Assembly (NCBI RefSeq): GCF_017464355.1
Contig: NZ_JAFUAG010000023.1
Location: forward strand, 2,089-66,088
Source of the DNA: Ruminococcus sp.
GTDB taxonomy: Bacteria; Bacillota; Clostridia; Oscillospirales; Ruminococcaceae
Length of the DNA: 64,000 bases
Direction: 5' to 3'
In this document: one piece after another, positions 26,554 to 37,204 of the stretch
Layout: the number at the start of each line of letters is the position of its first letter
Numbering within the stretch: the stretch's first letter is position 1
Notes under the pieces: generated by a model
Told to the model about the DNA's origin: nothing
Seen by the model: only the letters and a program-made list of their open reading frames with translations
Databases searched by the model: none
Made by a program: the position numbers and the translations under genes

Positions 26554-26988
26554 TCAAACTACACCCTTCTGCAGCATGATGTTGGCATAAACTGCCTTCT
26601 CCCCTGTTGCAACTATAGCATAGGCCGTCTTCGCCTGCTCGTAGAACTCAAAGCGTTCGACCTCACCGATGATATCAGCGCCTCTCTCATCATGGGAGGA
26701 AACTATACGCTTGTATTCCTCCCAGATAGGAGTTTCTGCTGTGTCGCCGGGCATCACCTGCATGAGCGAAACAGGTTTATCTACATATGTATCAAGGGGA
26801 AGCAAAGTCAGTATAGCGTCCAGCAGTTCGGGGACACCGTGGCCGTCCGCACGAATGACCTTGCAGTTTCTGCCCATGCTTTCAGCAGGGAAATTTCCGT
26901 CTGCAATAACTATCCTGTCAGAATGACCCATTTCGCAAAGGGTCTTCAGCAGCTCTGGTGATAGGATAGGCGGTATGTTTTTTAGCAT
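26554..26988 (-). CDS. fucU: L-fucose mutarotase (RbsD/FucU family)
   Basis: MLKNIPPILSPELLKTLCEMGHSDRIVIADGNFP closely parallels the E. coli FucU N-terminus. Confidence 0.9.
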   Translation of the reverse strand: MLKNIPPILSPELLKTLCEMGHSDRIVIADGNFPAESMGRNCKVIRADGHGVPELLDAILTLLPLDTYVDKPVSLMQVMPGDTAETPIWEEYKRIVSSHDERGADIIGEVERFEFYEQAKTAYAIVATGEKAVYANIMLQKGVV

Positions 26989-26991
26989 AGC

Positions 26992-28461
26992 TTACCTCCG
27001 AATAATATGTTTAAAATCTTCATATGCCTTATCCCACTGCATGGGACTTTCAGGCTGATAGACCGTAAGTTTTTCTGAACCTGCGATCGATCTGCGAGCC
27101 TCGGATAGGTCACGAATGTCCCCCGAAGCTATCAGCTGCACCGCGATATTTCCCAGGGCAGTGGCTTCAACGGGACCCGCTGCGACCTGCCTTTTGCAGG
27201 CATTTGCGGTCATCTGGCAGAGCAGCCTGTCACGGATACCGCCGCCGATCATGTGAATGACTGGGAAACTTTTGCCTGTGCAGGCTTCAAGCTCCTCCAC
27301 CGCAAGGCGGTATTTCAGGGCTAAACTCTCATAGATGCACCGCAGCACCTGACCCTCTGTAGCGGGGATAGGCTGGGCTGTGTCCATACAGAACTTACGC
27401 ACACGCTCGGGGATATCACCTGAGGGAACGAAGCGCGGGTCATCGGGGTCGATGAAACAGCGGAAAGGCTCGGCGGAATTGGCCAGAGCCTCCATATAAG
27501 AAAAGCTAAAGTCGCGGCCCTCACGCTGCCACTGTCGGCGGCTCTCCTGAATGAGCCAGAGGCCGATGATGTTTTTCAGGAAAGACACTTTTCCGCCGCA
27601 GCCGACCTCATTTGTCAGGTCGTTGGCACAGGCTTTCTCATCGGTGAGGGGTTCATCAAGTTCGGTGCCGAGAAGGCTCCACGTTCCGCAGCTGAGGAAA
27701 GCAAAGTCCCCTGAAAGCGCAGGCACCGCCGCCATGGCGGACTGGGTATCATGGCCGCAGACCGCATATACGTCCATTTCGGGGATATCCAGCTCGTTCA
27801 CTATCTTCTGAGTAAGTGTACCGATTTTTGTACCCGCAGGCACAATGTTAGTAAACAGACTTTCCGAGATGCTCAGTTTTTCCGCAAGACGATAAGCCCA
27901 GCAGCTGCCCGTCTGGTCGTACAGCTGGGTCGTCGAAGCAATGGACTGCTCGGTGACTTTCTCCCCTGTCAGGAAAAATGTGAACAGGTTCGGCATGAGC
28001 AGCATTTTATCCGCCTGCGCCAGAAGTTCCGGTCTGTTTTTTTGTACACTCATCAGCTGAAAGGCAGTGTTTATCTCCATGAACTGATTGCCTGTTACCG
28101 CGTAAAAGCTTTCTTTCGGGATAAGTTCCAGGGCAGCGTCAAGCATACCCTTTGTGCGGCTGTCACGGTAATGCACGGGGTTCTCCAGAAGACGTCCGTT
28201 TTTATCGATAAGCCCGAAGTCAACGCCCCAGGTGTCGACACCTAAACTATCCACTTTTCCGTACTGTTTAGATTTTATAAGACCCTGTTTTATCTCATGG
28301 AAAAGCCGCAGAAAGTCCCAGTACATGGTGCCGCCCAGGTCAACGGGTTCGTTGGGAAAACGGTGTATCTCCTCAAGGCTTATGCGCTCGCCGTCAAATC
28401 TCCCGAGAATGACCCGCCCGCTTGATGCGCCAAGGTCTACCGCAAGAACTTGCTTTGCCAA
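26992..28461 (-). CDS. FGGY-family sugar kinase (rhamnulokinase-like; probable L-fuculokinase)
   Basis: AVDLGASSGRV N-terminus as in RhaB. 489 aa. Lies between fucI and fucU. Confidence 0.85.
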   Translation of the reverse strand: MAKQVLAVDLGASSGRVILGRFDGERISLEEIHRFPNEPVDLGGTMYWDFLRLFHEIKQGLIKSKQYGKVDSLGVDTWGVDFGLIDKNGRLLENPVHYRDSRTKGMLDAALELIPKESFYAVTGNQFMEINTAFQLMSVQKNRPELLAQADKMLLMPNLFTFFLTGEKVTEQSIASTTQLYDQTGSCWAYRLAEKLSISESLFTNIVPAGTKIGTLTQKIVNELDIPEMDVYAVCGHDTQSAMAAVPALSGDFAFLSCGTWSLLGTELDEPLTDEKACANDLTNEVGCGGKVSFLKNIIGLWLIQESRRQWQREGRDFSFSYMEALANSAEPFRCFIDPDDPRFVPSGDIPERVRKFCMDTAQPIPATEGQVLRCIYESLALKYRLAVEELEACTGKSFPVIHMIGGGIRDRLLCQMTANACKRQVAAGPVEATALGNIAVQLIASGDIRDLSEARRSIAGSEKLTVYQPESPMQWDKAYEDFKHIIRR

Positions 28462-28497
28462 CGCTGCTCACCTCCATAATTATCCAAAATATTGTAC

Positions 28498-30306
28498 TTA
28501 TCTCATGCCGCGGTACATGGGGCCGTAGGCTGCGCAAGCCCTGTAATCCGCACCTTCCTTGTCCATACCGAAAGCGTTCCAGCTGGCAGGACGGAAGATC
28601 TGCTCCTCGGGAACATTGTGCATTGCCACAGGGATACGCAGGATAGAAGCCAGGGTGATGATGTCCGCGCCGATGTGGCCGTAGCTGATAGCGCCATGGT
28701 TTGCACCCCAGTTGTTCATTACGTCGTAAGCCGTCCTGAATGGCGCCTTGTCGGTAACACGGGGTGTGAACCAGGTGCAGGGCCAAGTGTAATCGGTGCG
28801 TTTCCAGAGGATATTGTTGACCTCCGCCGGAAGCTTGACCGTCCAGCCCTCAGCTATCTGCAGCATGGGGCCAAGGCCTTTCACAAGGTTCAGCCTTATC
28901 ATCGTCACGGGCATCTCAGCGTCCGTAACATAGCGGGAGGAAAATCCACCGCCGCGGAAATAGCCGCAATCAGCGTAATTCCAGGTGGTCGCACCCATGA
29001 TTTTTTCAATATCCTCATCGGTGACATTGTACCATTCTTTCATGACGGCGTTGCCGTTCTCATCGGTGGCAAGACCGCAGGCATCAAGGCAGGCAGCTCC
29101 CGAATTTATCAGGTGGATAAAACCGCCTGCCTCGGCTGCATGGCCTGTAAGCTCATAATTCGCGGCCTTTTTAATGGCTTCGGGGGACCAGTAGGTGCGC
29201 ACATCAGCAAATATCTGGGCACGGTTGGTCAGCAGTTTCATGAACAGCATACCAAGGCCATTGAGGACATCGTTTTCGGTGGCAAGAATGTAAGGCTCAC
29301 GGGCGCCGTTCCAGTCGAAGGTCGTGTTCAGCAGAGCCTCGGGGAAATCGCAGTTGGGGTAAAAATCCGTCCACTGGCGCTGACCCTGGAAGCCAGCAGC
29401 GATCGCATTGTGCCCGACTATTTCCTCTTCTCTTCCCTTGGGAAGCTTGTTGTTACCGTTCATCAGGTCTTTGATGATGCACATCATCTTGACCACGAAT
29501 TCCCAGTCCTTCTCCTTTTCTTCGGGAGTTTTCTGCAGGAAATCGGGGTTCTTGTCAAAGCCCTCCTTACAATGAGCCTTTGTCCAACTGAGTGCTTTTT
29601 CGTACTCTTCCTTATCATATATCTCCTCGGTCATTCGGCGGATTATCTCGACTTCGTCCACCGACTCTACCCTCATGCCGAGGTATTCTTCTATAAAAGC
29701 GGGATCAATGATAGAACCGCCGATACCCATGCAGATAGAACCTATCTGGAGGTAGCTTTTGCCCCTCATGGTCGCAGCAGCCACCGCAGCTCTGCCGAAA
29801 CGCAGCAGCTTTTCACGGACATCTGCGGGTATCTCGGTGTCGTCAGCCTCGCAGACATCATGTCCGTAAATGCCGAAAGCAGGCAGACCTTTCTGGGCAT
29901 GGGTAGCCAGCACAGAAGCCAGGTACACGGCCCCGGGACGCTCGGTGCCGTTAAATCCCCAGACAGCCTTGATGGTATTTTTATCCATATCCATAGTTTC
30001 AGCGCCGTAACACCAGCAAGGTGTGACGGTCAGGGTGATCTCCACCCCGCACTTCTTGAATTTTGCCTCGCAGGCAGCGGCCTCGGCCACACGGCCGATA
30101 GTGGTATCGGCTATAACGACCTTGACAGGCTCACCGTCGCAGTAACGCAGGTTGTCCTCAAACAGCTTAGCTGCGGACTTTGCCATGTTCATTGTCTGGT
30201 CTTCCAGTGACTCACGAACGCCCAGCGCACCGCGTCTGCCGTCGATAGTTGGCCTGATGCCGATAACGGGGTGATCCCCGACGTATCTGTTTTTACCCAT
30301 GTTCAT
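28498..30306 (-). CDS. fucI: L-fucose isomerase
   Basis: 602 aa. [29 protein letters not shown] matches the FucI N-terminus. Confidence 0.93.
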   Translation of the reverse strand: MNMGKNRYVGDHPVIGIRPTIDGRRGALGVRESLEDQTMNMAKSAAKLFEDNLRYCDGEPVKVVIADTTIGRVAEAAACEAKFKKCGVEITLTVTPCWCYGAETMDMDKNTIKAVWGFNGTERPGAVYLASVLATHAQKGLPAFGIYGHDVCEADDTEIPADVREKLLRFGRAAVAAATMRGKSYLQIGSICMGIGGSIIDPAFIEEYLGMRVESVDEVEIIRRMTEEIYDKEEYEKALSWTKAHCKEGFDKNPDFLQKTPEEKEKDWEFVVKMMCIIKDLMNGNNKLPKGREEEIVGHNAIAAGFQGQRQWTDFYPNCDFPEALLNTTFDWNGAREPYILATENDVLNGLGMLFMKLLTNRAQIFADVRTYWSPEAIKKAANYELTGHAAEAGGFIHLINSGAACLDACGLATDENGNAVMKEWYNVTDEDIEKIMGATTWNYADCGYFRGGGFSSRYVTDAEMPVTMIRLNLVKGLGPMLQIAEGWTVKLPAEVNNILWKRTDYTWPCTWFTPRVTDKAPFRTAYDVMNNWGANHGAISYGHIGADIITLASILRIPVAMHNVPEEQIFRPASWNAFGMDKEGADYRACAAYGPMYRGMR

Positions 30307-30345
30307 ATCCTCCTTGATAAGGTGTTATATATTCCGTATGAAAAT

Positions 30346-30351
30346 ATTATA
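30346..30351 (-). promoter_or_regulatory. Extended -10 (TGgTATAAT) upstream of fucI
   Basis: Minus strand reads ...AAGACA, 17 nt, TGgTATAAT, about 40 nt before the fucI ATG. The -35 is weak. Confidence 0.35.
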
Positions 30352-30688
30352 CCACAGTTTTAGCTTTTTGTCTTTTGCCTATTTGGAGAATTTTGGGTGG
30401 TGAATTTAGCGTTCTTGCATGAAATAATTTTCGTATTTATGGGATATTTGAGATTATCCATTTTAAGGGGGCTTTGATAACAGCAGGAACTTCCGATGAA
30501 ATATTAGTAATATCTGAAACTATGTTGAAGTATAAAGAAGTAAACTGCCGTCCGCAGCAAACAAAATATCCCAAAAATAAAAAAGCAGAGAAAACCGCGC
30601 AAACAGGGGGTTCAAAGCATAATAATTGAAAAACAATATCAGATTTCTGATTTTCAAATATTTTTTATTGTTTTTCGATAATTTACTA

Positions 30689-30717
30689 TTGACAAACAGA
30701 AAATGATGTGCTATAAT
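30689..30717 (+). promoter_or_regulatory. Consensus sigma-A promoter of the DUF2975/XRE operon
   Basis: TTGACA (30689-30694), 17 nt, TGcTATAAT (-10 at 30712-30717). Confidence 0.6.
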
Positions 30718-30783
30718 ACTGTCAGACCAAGGGAAATGTCGCCCGAGGTCTATTGTCGACAATTATATTAGGAGGACGTAAAT

Positions 30784-31263
30784 ATGGTAAATGAGTTAAC
30801 AGGTTGGTCAGAGATGAAGTCGCTGAAATTATCAAGATTTCTGGTGGCAGGGCTGTTTTTCCTGCTTATCGTGCTGCTGTTCACAGCACACCTTATCGCA
30901 GAATGGTTCAGCATAATATCAGTTGGCAAAGGGCTCATCAACACAGAAAGACTTGATATCGTGGTCACTGTGATGATCTATATCTGCGATGTTTTTGCGA
31001 TAACTGCTGTTCTTAAACTCAACAAGCTATTATCAAATATTGCGAAAAACGAGGTGTTTATCGATGAAAACACACGCTGCCTGAGGATCATCTCATGGTG
31101 CATCGTTTTCGCAGGAATAACCTTCTCGGTGTTCAGCCTTTGGCGATATGAGTTCCTGTTTGCAGCGTTTTTCGCACTTTTCCTGGGACTTGTCATGCGG
31201 GTGCTCAAGAACGTTTTTGAGAAGGCTGTAGAGCTGAAATCCGAGAACGATTTTACCATATAG
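30784..31263 (+). CDS. DUF2975-like membrane protein
   Basis: 159 aa with 4 TM helices. Immediately precedes a YozG-like small HTH gene, which is the known DUF2975/XRE pairing. Confidence 0.6.
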   Translation: MVNELTGWSEMKSLKLSRFLVAGLFFLLIVLLFTAHLIAEWFSIISVGKGLINTERLDIVVTVMIYICDVFAITAVLKLNKLLSNIAKNEVFIDENTRCLRIISWCIVFAGITFSVFSLWRYEFLFAAFFALFLGLVMRVLKNVFEKAVELKSENDFTI

Positions 31264-31274
31264 GAGGCGATATC

Positions 31275-31475
31275 ATGGCAATAATTGTTAACCTTGATGT
31301 TATGATGGCTAAGCGTAAGATATCCTCCAATGAGCTTGCAGAAAAAGTGGGCATAACCGCTGCGAACCTCTCGATACTTAAGACAGGCAAAGCTAAAGCT
31401 GTACGTTTTTCTACCCTAGATAAGATATGCGAGGTGCTGGAATGTCAGCCCGGAGATATACTGGAGCACATCTAG
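31275..31475 (+). CDS. XRE-family HTH transcriptional regulator (YozG-like, 66 aa)
   Basis: MAIIVNLDVMMAKRKISSNELAEKVGITAANLSILKTGKAKAVRFSTLDKICEVLECQPGDILE. Confidence 0.85.
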   Translation: MAIIVNLDVMMAKRKISSNELAEKVGITAANLSILKTGKAKAVRFSTLDKICEVLECQPGDILEHI

Positions 31476-31524
31476 CAGCACAAAATATCGTACAGCTGAT
31501 CAGTAGGAACAGGAGTACAAAAAA

Positions 31525-31953
31525 ATGAACGATTGGACAGAGATAACTGTATACATGATACTTACTATTTGTATTATCACAATAGCCTGCGTCAGCCTGA
31601 TACTCCTGAGATCAGCCAGGCGAAACGGCAAGAGCGTATTGAGATATGTGGGATTTTTAGGGGCTGATACAGGTTTATTCATACTGATGCTATACTTTTT
31701 TTCAACTCATCCCATATCTTACAAATTCAACAATAACTATGTGTACAGCCACGACATAAAAACTGTGATAGAACGCTATGGAGATTTCGACACAGGACAC
31801 ATCAGTGAAAGCGGTTCAGGCGTGATAGGGTACTACATATATACAGATGACGGCCCGATAATGCCAGACCACATGAAGCATTACTACTGGATAAAGTTTG
31901 ATGCAAACGGGACAGTTACAGATATATATGATGCTGTCCAAAAAGGCGGATAG
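31525..31953 (+). CDS. Hypothetical membrane protein (142 aa)
   Basis: ORF track. Two N-terminal TM helices plus a soluble C-terminal domain. AT-rich. Confidence 0.6.
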   Translation: MNDWTEITVYMILTICIITIACVSLILLRSARRNGKSVLRYVGFLGADTGLFILMLYFFSTHPISYKFNNNYVYSHDIKTVIERYGDFDTGHISESGSGVIGYYIYTDDGPIMPDHMKHYYWIKFDANGTVTDIYDAVQKGG

Positions 31954-31959
31954 TGTACA

Positions 31960-32340
31960 ATGAAACGGATAGTTATTTTAAGTATATCATGCATCTGTTG
32001 GTTTGTAGTAAGAGGTCTGTTAATATTATTTGCAGTGTTTTTGCTGTTCAGTTTTATGGACAGCAAGAAAACTCTTATAACAGCTGAAAATTCAGATAAT
32101 GGCCGATTTTCCGTTAATATCTACGAAATAGGCCATGCGGAATTCTTCTCTGCAAACGAGTGCTTAGCAGAGTTGAGTAAAGACGGAGAGGTCTGTGACA
32201 GCTGCAACTTTTATGTGGCAAATGACGGTGGCTCGCTCAGCAGCGGAAATTTCAGCATCTCATTCGGAGAAGATCATGTCAGAGTAACGGCCAATGGCAG
32301 CGAACAGAATGAAGAAAATCATTATCTGTACTCAGACTAA
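31960..32340 (+). CDS. Hypothetical membrane-anchored protein (126 aa)
   Basis: ORF track. N-terminal TM/signal anchor. 6 nt after the preceding stop. Confidence 0.6.
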   Translation: MKRIVILSISCICWFVVRGLLILFAVFLLFSFMDSKKTLITAENSDNGRFSVNIYEIGHAEFFSANECLAELSKDGEVCDSCNFYVANDGGSLSSGNFSISFGEDHVRVTANGSEQNEENHYLYSD

Positions 32341-32394
32341 AGCAAATTTGTACGGACAGATACAAGCTTATAAGATAATAAAGGAGATTAGATC

Positions 32395-34014
32395 ATGAAC
32401 GAAAACAACAATTTGTATTCAGGACAGCCGATGACTCAGCAGAACGGACAGCCCTGTTATAACAACTATCACCCCTATCCTGCGCAGTATCAGGCTGTTC
32501 CCAAGCGTGAACCGATAGAGTTTACTTCTGCTGAAAAGAAGTTGTCCTATGCCGCACTCATTCTGGGATTTTTGTTCGTACAATTTGTTTTCTGGAATGT
32601 CAAAGGCTATTTCACAACTGCTGTCTTTATACTGATATTCTCGGTGATAGGGATCTATCTCCACAAGAAAGAGTACAAATTTTCGACTTCAAACAAGATA
32701 TGGTCTGCTATACTGTACATTTTTTCTACCACTTTTTCTATAACCGACAACTCGTTCATAAAAAATCTGGATATGATATTTCTTATAATCGGTGAAGCAT
32801 ATCTGATTTACAGTGTAACAACTAAAAGACCGATGTTCGGACAGTTTTCTGTTTTTGAAATAGCCAAAAGTACTTTAGCAGATCCTCTATCTCATTTCGA
32901 TAAAGAGTTTCTTGCAGCGAATAGTCAGATAAAAATGAGCCGTACAGGAAAGTATTTCAAGACGATAATTGGCGGTCTTATCGTGGCAGTTCCGCTGACA
33001 GTTATCGTCGGAGCATTGCTTGTTTCCGCAGATCCGGGCGTTGAAAGAATGATAACCACTATTATTGATGCTATAAATATACCAAATCTTTTTACTTTTA
33101 TAGAGAAAATTTTTGTATCCATACCAGTAGCTGCGTATATTTTTGGACAAATATATTCTCATACTAACCCTGACAAGATAAAAGCACTTAACGAAGAAGA
33201 CTGCAGCACATCTATCCGAAAGCTCAGAATGATCCAGAATGCAGCGATATACAGCGCTATAACGCCTATCTGCGTGCTTTACGTGATGTTCTTCATATCA
33301 CAGGCTAATTACTTTCTGTCCGCTTTTATGGGCAGTTTACCTGAAAACTACGGTTATGCAGACTATGCACGCAGAGGTTTTTTTGAGCTTTTCGCCATAG
33401 AGTTGATAAACGCAGGTGTCATCTTTGTTATGAACTTCTTTTCCAAGAAAACAGGAGAAGAAAAGCCACTGGCATTAAAGCTGTATTCCATTGTTATCGC
33501 AGTTTTCACGCTACTGATAACTGCTACTGCAATAAGCAAAATGGTACTATATATCCGAAATTTTGGACTAACACAGCTGCGTGTTTACACCACATGGTTC
33601 ATGGTACTAACTGCATTTGCATTCATCTTCATTATCATAAGACAGTTCAGACATAGCTTTCCATTTTTGCGTGCGGCAGCTGTCACATTCACGATTTTCT
33701 TCGCTGTGCTCTGTTTTTCGAGACCTGACGCTCTCATTGCAAGGTATAATATGGAAAATTGTACAGACAGCATGACTTTTAATGATATAAGAGAAATGAC
33801 CTTGCTTTCATCTGATGCAGCAGCAATAGTCCTTGAACCCGAATATGCTTTCACAGTTGATAGAATGTACGAAAATGCGCGGTATTATGAATATAAAAAC
33901 TTCGATAGCGGCAGAGCATATCTTGAAAATATAACGAATCACCATATAAATCATGACCCTTATTATCAGTACAATTTTTCGTCCTTTATGCTGAAGCAGG
34001 TGATGAAAGAATGA
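32395..34014 (+). CDS. Large polytopic membrane protein (539 aa), DUF4153/DUF4173-like
   Basis: Q/N/P/Y-rich N-terminus followed by ~10 or more TM helices. The family call is from memory only. Confidence 0.6.
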   Translation: MNENNNLYSGQPMTQQNGQPCYNNYHPYPAQYQAVPKREPIEFTSAEKKLSYAALILGFLFVQFVFWNVKGYFTTAVFILIFSVIGIYLHKKEYKFSTSNKIWSAILYIFSTTFSITDNSFIKNLDMIFLIIGEAYLIYSVTTKRPMFGQFSVFEIAKSTLADPLSHFDKEFLAANSQIKMSRTGKYFKTIIGGLIVAVPLTVIVGALLVSADPGVERMITTIIDAINIPNLFTFIEKIFVSIPVAAYIFGQIYSHTNPDKIKALNEEDCSTSIRKLRMIQNAAIYSAITPICVLYVMFFISQANYFLSAFMGSLPENYGYADYARRGFFELFAIELINAGVIFVMNFFSKKTGEEKPLALKLYSIVIAVFTLLITATAISKMVLYIRNFGLTQLRVYTTWFMVLTAFAFIFIIIRQFRHSFPFLRAAAVTFTIFFAVLCFSRPDALIARYNMENCTDSMTFNDIREMTLLSSDAAAIVLEPEYAFTVDRMYENARYYEYKNFDSGRAYLENITNHHINHDPYYQYNFSSFMLKQVMKE

Positions 34015-34508
34015 AATGGCTTTTCCCGCTGTATATATGTGTACTGATAATACTCAAAGTTCTTAAAAAGCCTATTTTACGCCGTTTCGGCTATATTGTT
34101 CCGACTATGGGAGCAGGCAGAATACTCTTTCAGACCGCAAGGATAATTACGATGATAATCTTATTCTTCGGCATTATAGCCACAGCTATGATCTCATTAT
34201 TTACTTTTGACTACTGGCTGATATTTTCAAGCTCCAGAATTTCACAAGTTGAGCAAACAACAGGCATTATTATTACAGAAGATGTCACTCCAAAAAAATA
34301 TAAGCGATACTTTGCAGGTCCCGATGGACCGGGTATATTGCTCGAATTGGCAACGACTCTAGATAAGAGTGATTTTTTGGACAATTGCTGTTCCGGTGAG
34401 AAAATTGAAAAGTCCGATATATCGGACACAAACAAGTGCTTTTACAAATACAAGGGTCATGAATATACCATAATATTCTCATCTGATAAAATCAAAGTCC
34501 TAAGATAA
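34011..34508 (+). CDS. Hypothetical membrane protein (165 aa)
   Basis: Overlaps the upstream stop by 4 nt (ATGA). Two to three TM helices. Confidence 0.6.
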   Translation: MKWLFPLYICVLIILKVLKKPILRRFGYIVPTMGAGRILFQTARIITMIILFFGIIATAMISLFTFDYWLIFSSSRISQVEQTTGIIITEDVTPKKYKRYFAGPDGPGILLELATTLDKSDFLDNCCSGEKIEKSDISDTNKCFYKYKGHEYTIIFSSDKIKVLR

Positions 34509-34548
34509 AAATCAGCTATATCCGCACAGGATATAGCTGATTTGTTTG
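34507..34548. terminator. Bidirectional terminator
   Basis: 13-bp stem ATCAGCTATATCC (34511-34523) / GGATATAGCTGAT (34529-34541), with AAAA before and TTGTTTG after. Confidence 0.75.
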
Positions 34549-34567
34549 TACCATACAACAATATTAA

Positions 34568-35383
34568 CTAATCATTTTCTGCTGCCTGAGCGACCTCCAC
34601 TTCAATATCTTCATCATCAAAGTCTTCGGAAATGTTTTCAGACTCAGCACCTTGCTCGACAGCTTCAGTGTCATCTGTCCAGCCTGACAGATCAGGGAGT
34701 TCAATTGGATCGATGTCAAATGAAAACTCTTCAAAAGTAGTTGTCTGTTCCATGCCATAAGCTGTCATAGCTATTTTTTTCGGGGTTTTTGAGCCCTCCT
34801 CAAAATAATACTTGTAGATTGTGACCTCGCCGTCTTCATCGCCCGAGGGCAGCTCACCGCTGAGGAGATCGGGAGCATGGTAAGTCTCGCAGATAAGTCC
34901 GTCATTAGTTGTCTCACTGCCGATGAAAATATAGCTGTCCTCAACGCCCATAGTGTAACTGCTTGTGTCAATATTAACGTACTGTTCAGCGGGCGCGTCA
35001 TCGGTAATATAATTCATATCGGAATGGTTGAGGACGTACATCACACCGCCCACAAGGTACATTTCCGTCTGCATATCGCCGTCACCAATGCTGAGGTGAT
35101 AATCGCTTCCGCTGACTTCTACCAAAGTAGAGGTATCGTCCATAAAATCGGACGATGTGACCATTTTTGCCCTGAACGAAGCGTTTTCAAGTGAATTAGT
35201 GTATATCTGTGCAAGAGTAAGTTCTTCTTCATTTTCAGAAACTGTCCCGTTTTCTGTACTATAATTTGTACTATCGGAAACACTTTTTTCTGTATCACTG
35301 CCTGTATTTTTATCATCGCTGCAGCCCGTCAAGACTGCGCAGCTAAGGCTCAAAGCGCATATTATCGCAAGAAATTTTCCCAT
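34568..35383 (-). CDS. Lipoprotein with acidic C-terminus
   Basis: Start set to MGKFLAIICALSLSCAVLTGC (lipobox LTGC). The ORF-track extension lacks an RBS. Confidence 0.7.
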   Translation of the reverse strand: MGKFLAIICALSLSCAVLTGCSDDKNTGSDTEKSVSDSTNYSTENGTVSENEEELTLAQIYTNSLENASFRAKMVTSSDFMDDTSTLVEVSGSDYHLSIGDGDMQTEMYLVGGVMYVLNHSDMNYITDDAPAEQYVNIDTSSYTMGVEDSYIFIGSETTNDGLICETYHAPDLLSGELPSGDEDGEVTIYKYYFEEGSKTPKKIAMTAYGMEQTTTFEEFSFDIDPIELPDLSGWTDDTEAVEQGAESENISEDFDDEDIEVEVAQAAEND

Positions 35384-35522
35384 TTTACTTATCCTTTCAG
35401 AGATGTGAACTATGTTAAAATTGTAACATATATTAAGGCTTCCCGTCAATAGCATATTTGACCAATAATTTACACAATTAAACCAAAATTTCTAAGCTTT
35501 ACGCATATTCATACGATAAATC

Positions 35523-35551
35523 TTGACATTCTTACCAGGCTGTGTTATCAT
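35523..35551 (+). promoter_or_regulatory. Sigma-A-type promoter upstream of sfsA
   Basis: TTGACA (35523-35528), 17 nt, TGtTATCAT (-10 at 35546-35551). Leaves a leader of about 140 nt before sfsA. Confidence 0.45.
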
Positions 35552-35696
35552 GTTCATGTAAATATTTTGGTTAAATTTGTTCGCTGTAAACGCCGATTTT
35601 TTTGTTCTTAATGGAAACTTTCCAATAAACAATACAATTTTCAGGACAGTTCAGTGCAAACAGCGGGAAAAAGCATGGTATAAAGAACGGAGCAAT

Positions 35697-36380
35697 ATGA
35701 AATACAATAACATAGTCCGCGGAGAGTTTGTAAAAAGACATAACAGGTTCATAGCAACTGTACATATTAACGGACAAGATGAGATAGTTCATGTAAAAAA
35801 CACTGGCAGATGCGCCGAACTTCTTGTTGAAGGCGCAGAGGTCTGGCTTGAAAAAAGCGACAATCCAGCGCGAAAAACAGCCTATGATCTTGTGACCGTA
35901 AAAAAGGACAGCAGACTTATTAACATGGACAGTCAAGCCCCTAACAAGGCGGTTTCAGAGTGGTTAAAGGAATGCAGACCTTTCGGCGACATGGAAATCT
36001 TCCCTGAAAAGACCTGGGGTAATTCGAGGTTTGATTTTATGCTTAAGTCCATAAAAACAGACAGAATAATGTATCTGGAGGTCAAAGGGTGCACCCTTGA
36101 ACGCGACGGCGCAGTGTTCTTTCCCGACGCACCCACCGAGAGAGGCACGAAGCATCTGAATGAGCTGATCGAATGCCGCAGGCAGGGTATTGATTCTGCG
36201 GTCATGATACTTGTTCAAATGGGTGATATTTTGTACTTTTCGCCAAATGATGACACCGATACCGAGTTCGGCAAAGCTTTAAGAAATGCCGAAAAATCGG
36301 GGGTCAAGCTGCTATGCTATGACAGCATAGTAACTCCCGATACTCTGACCGTCGGGAAGCCTGTGGAGATAAGGCTTTAG
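35697..36380 (+). CDS. sfsA: Sugar fermentation stimulation protein A (SfsA nuclease family)
   Basis: Start MKYNNIVRGEFVKRHNRFIATV..VKNTGRC parallels E. coli SfsA. GGAG RBS. Confidence 0.88.
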   Translation: MKYNNIVRGEFVKRHNRFIATVHINGQDEIVHVKNTGRCAELLVEGAEVWLEKSDNPARKTAYDLVTVKKDSRLINMDSQAPNKAVSEWLKECRPFGDMEIFPEKTWGNSRFDFMLKSIKTDRIMYLEVKGCTLERDGAVFFPDAPTERGTKHLNELIECRRQGIDSAVMILVQMGDILYFSPNDDTDTEFGKALRNAEKSGVKLLCYDSIVTPDTLTVGKPVEIRL

Positions 36381-37117
36381 ATCCAGCCGCCGTCAACACG
36401 CAGCACCTGACCAGTGATATAAGCCGCCTCATCGCTTGCAAGAAAAAGCACCGCAGAGGCCGCATCTTCGGGCTTTCCCATACGTCCCACGGGTATCTCA
36501 TCGACCACTGCCTGCAGCTCCTCGGCGGACAAGTTGCCGTTCATTTTCGTGTCTATCAGGCCGCAGCTGACACAGTTCACCCGCACACCGCTGGGGGCGC
36601 ATTCCTTGGCGAGGGCACGGGTAAAGCCGATAAGCCCTGATTTTGCGGCAGAATAGGCCACCTCGCAGGAAGCCCCGCACTCGCCCCAGACCGAGGAGAT
36701 GTTGATTATATTGCCCTCGTGGCGGTGCAGCATTTGCGGGAGGACAGCCTTTGTCAGGCGCATATGACCCAGCAGGTCAACGTTCATTATCTCGCATAGC
36801 CTTTCATCGGAAAGGTCGGTGAAAAGGCTTATTTCAGCTGTTCCTGCGTTATTTACCAGAAGTTCTATCTGTCCAAGTATTTTCTCAGTTTTTTCAAGAC
36901 ATTCCGCTATGCTCACAGGGTCCCCTATATCGCAGAAGACAGCCTCCGCCGTGAGCCCCTGCTCCCGAAGCTCCGATGCAAGCGCCTCAGCGGCTGATCT
37001 TCCGCGGTTAAAGCCGATAGCTGTCAGGTAGCCTGCCTGCGCAAGTCTGCGGCAAACTGCACTACCTATGCCCCCCGAGCCCCCTGTGACCAGGGCGGCT
37101 TTTTTTATTTTTCCCAT
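36377..37117 (-). CDS. SDR-family oxidoreductase (FabG-like)
   Basis: TGGSGGIGSA cofactor motif, NNAG, and YSAAK catalytic motif. 246 aa. Confidence 0.88.
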   Translation of the reverse strand: MGKIKKAALVTGGSGGIGSAVCRRLAQAGYLTAIGFNRGRSAAEALASELREQGLTAEAVFCDIGDPVSIAECLEKTEKILGQIELLVNNAGTAEISLFTDLSDERLCEIMNVDLLGHMRLTKAVLPQMLHRHEGNIINISSVWGECGASCEVAYSAAKSGLIGFTRALAKECAPSGVRVNCVSCGLIDTKMNGNLSAEELQAVVDEIPVGRMGKPEDAASAVLFLASDEAAYITGQVLRVDGGWI

Positions 37118-37204
37118 AATATCCGTCCTTTCGGTTTGCTTTTTTCATTATAGCACAATCGGACGGATTTGGCAAGGCGTATAACTGTGTAAATTTATGT
37201 ACAC

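Noticed and set aside
28492-30210. 572-aa ORF on the + strand, fully antisense to fucI.
   Set aside because: It is in exact codon register with fucI (28498-28492 = 6). In this register, antisense stops arise only from sense TTA, CTA or TCA codons. This genome evidently avoids those codons in well-expressed genes. There is no RBS, and the predicted protein is low-complexity and rich in G, R, A and H. It is a codon-usage shadow ORF.
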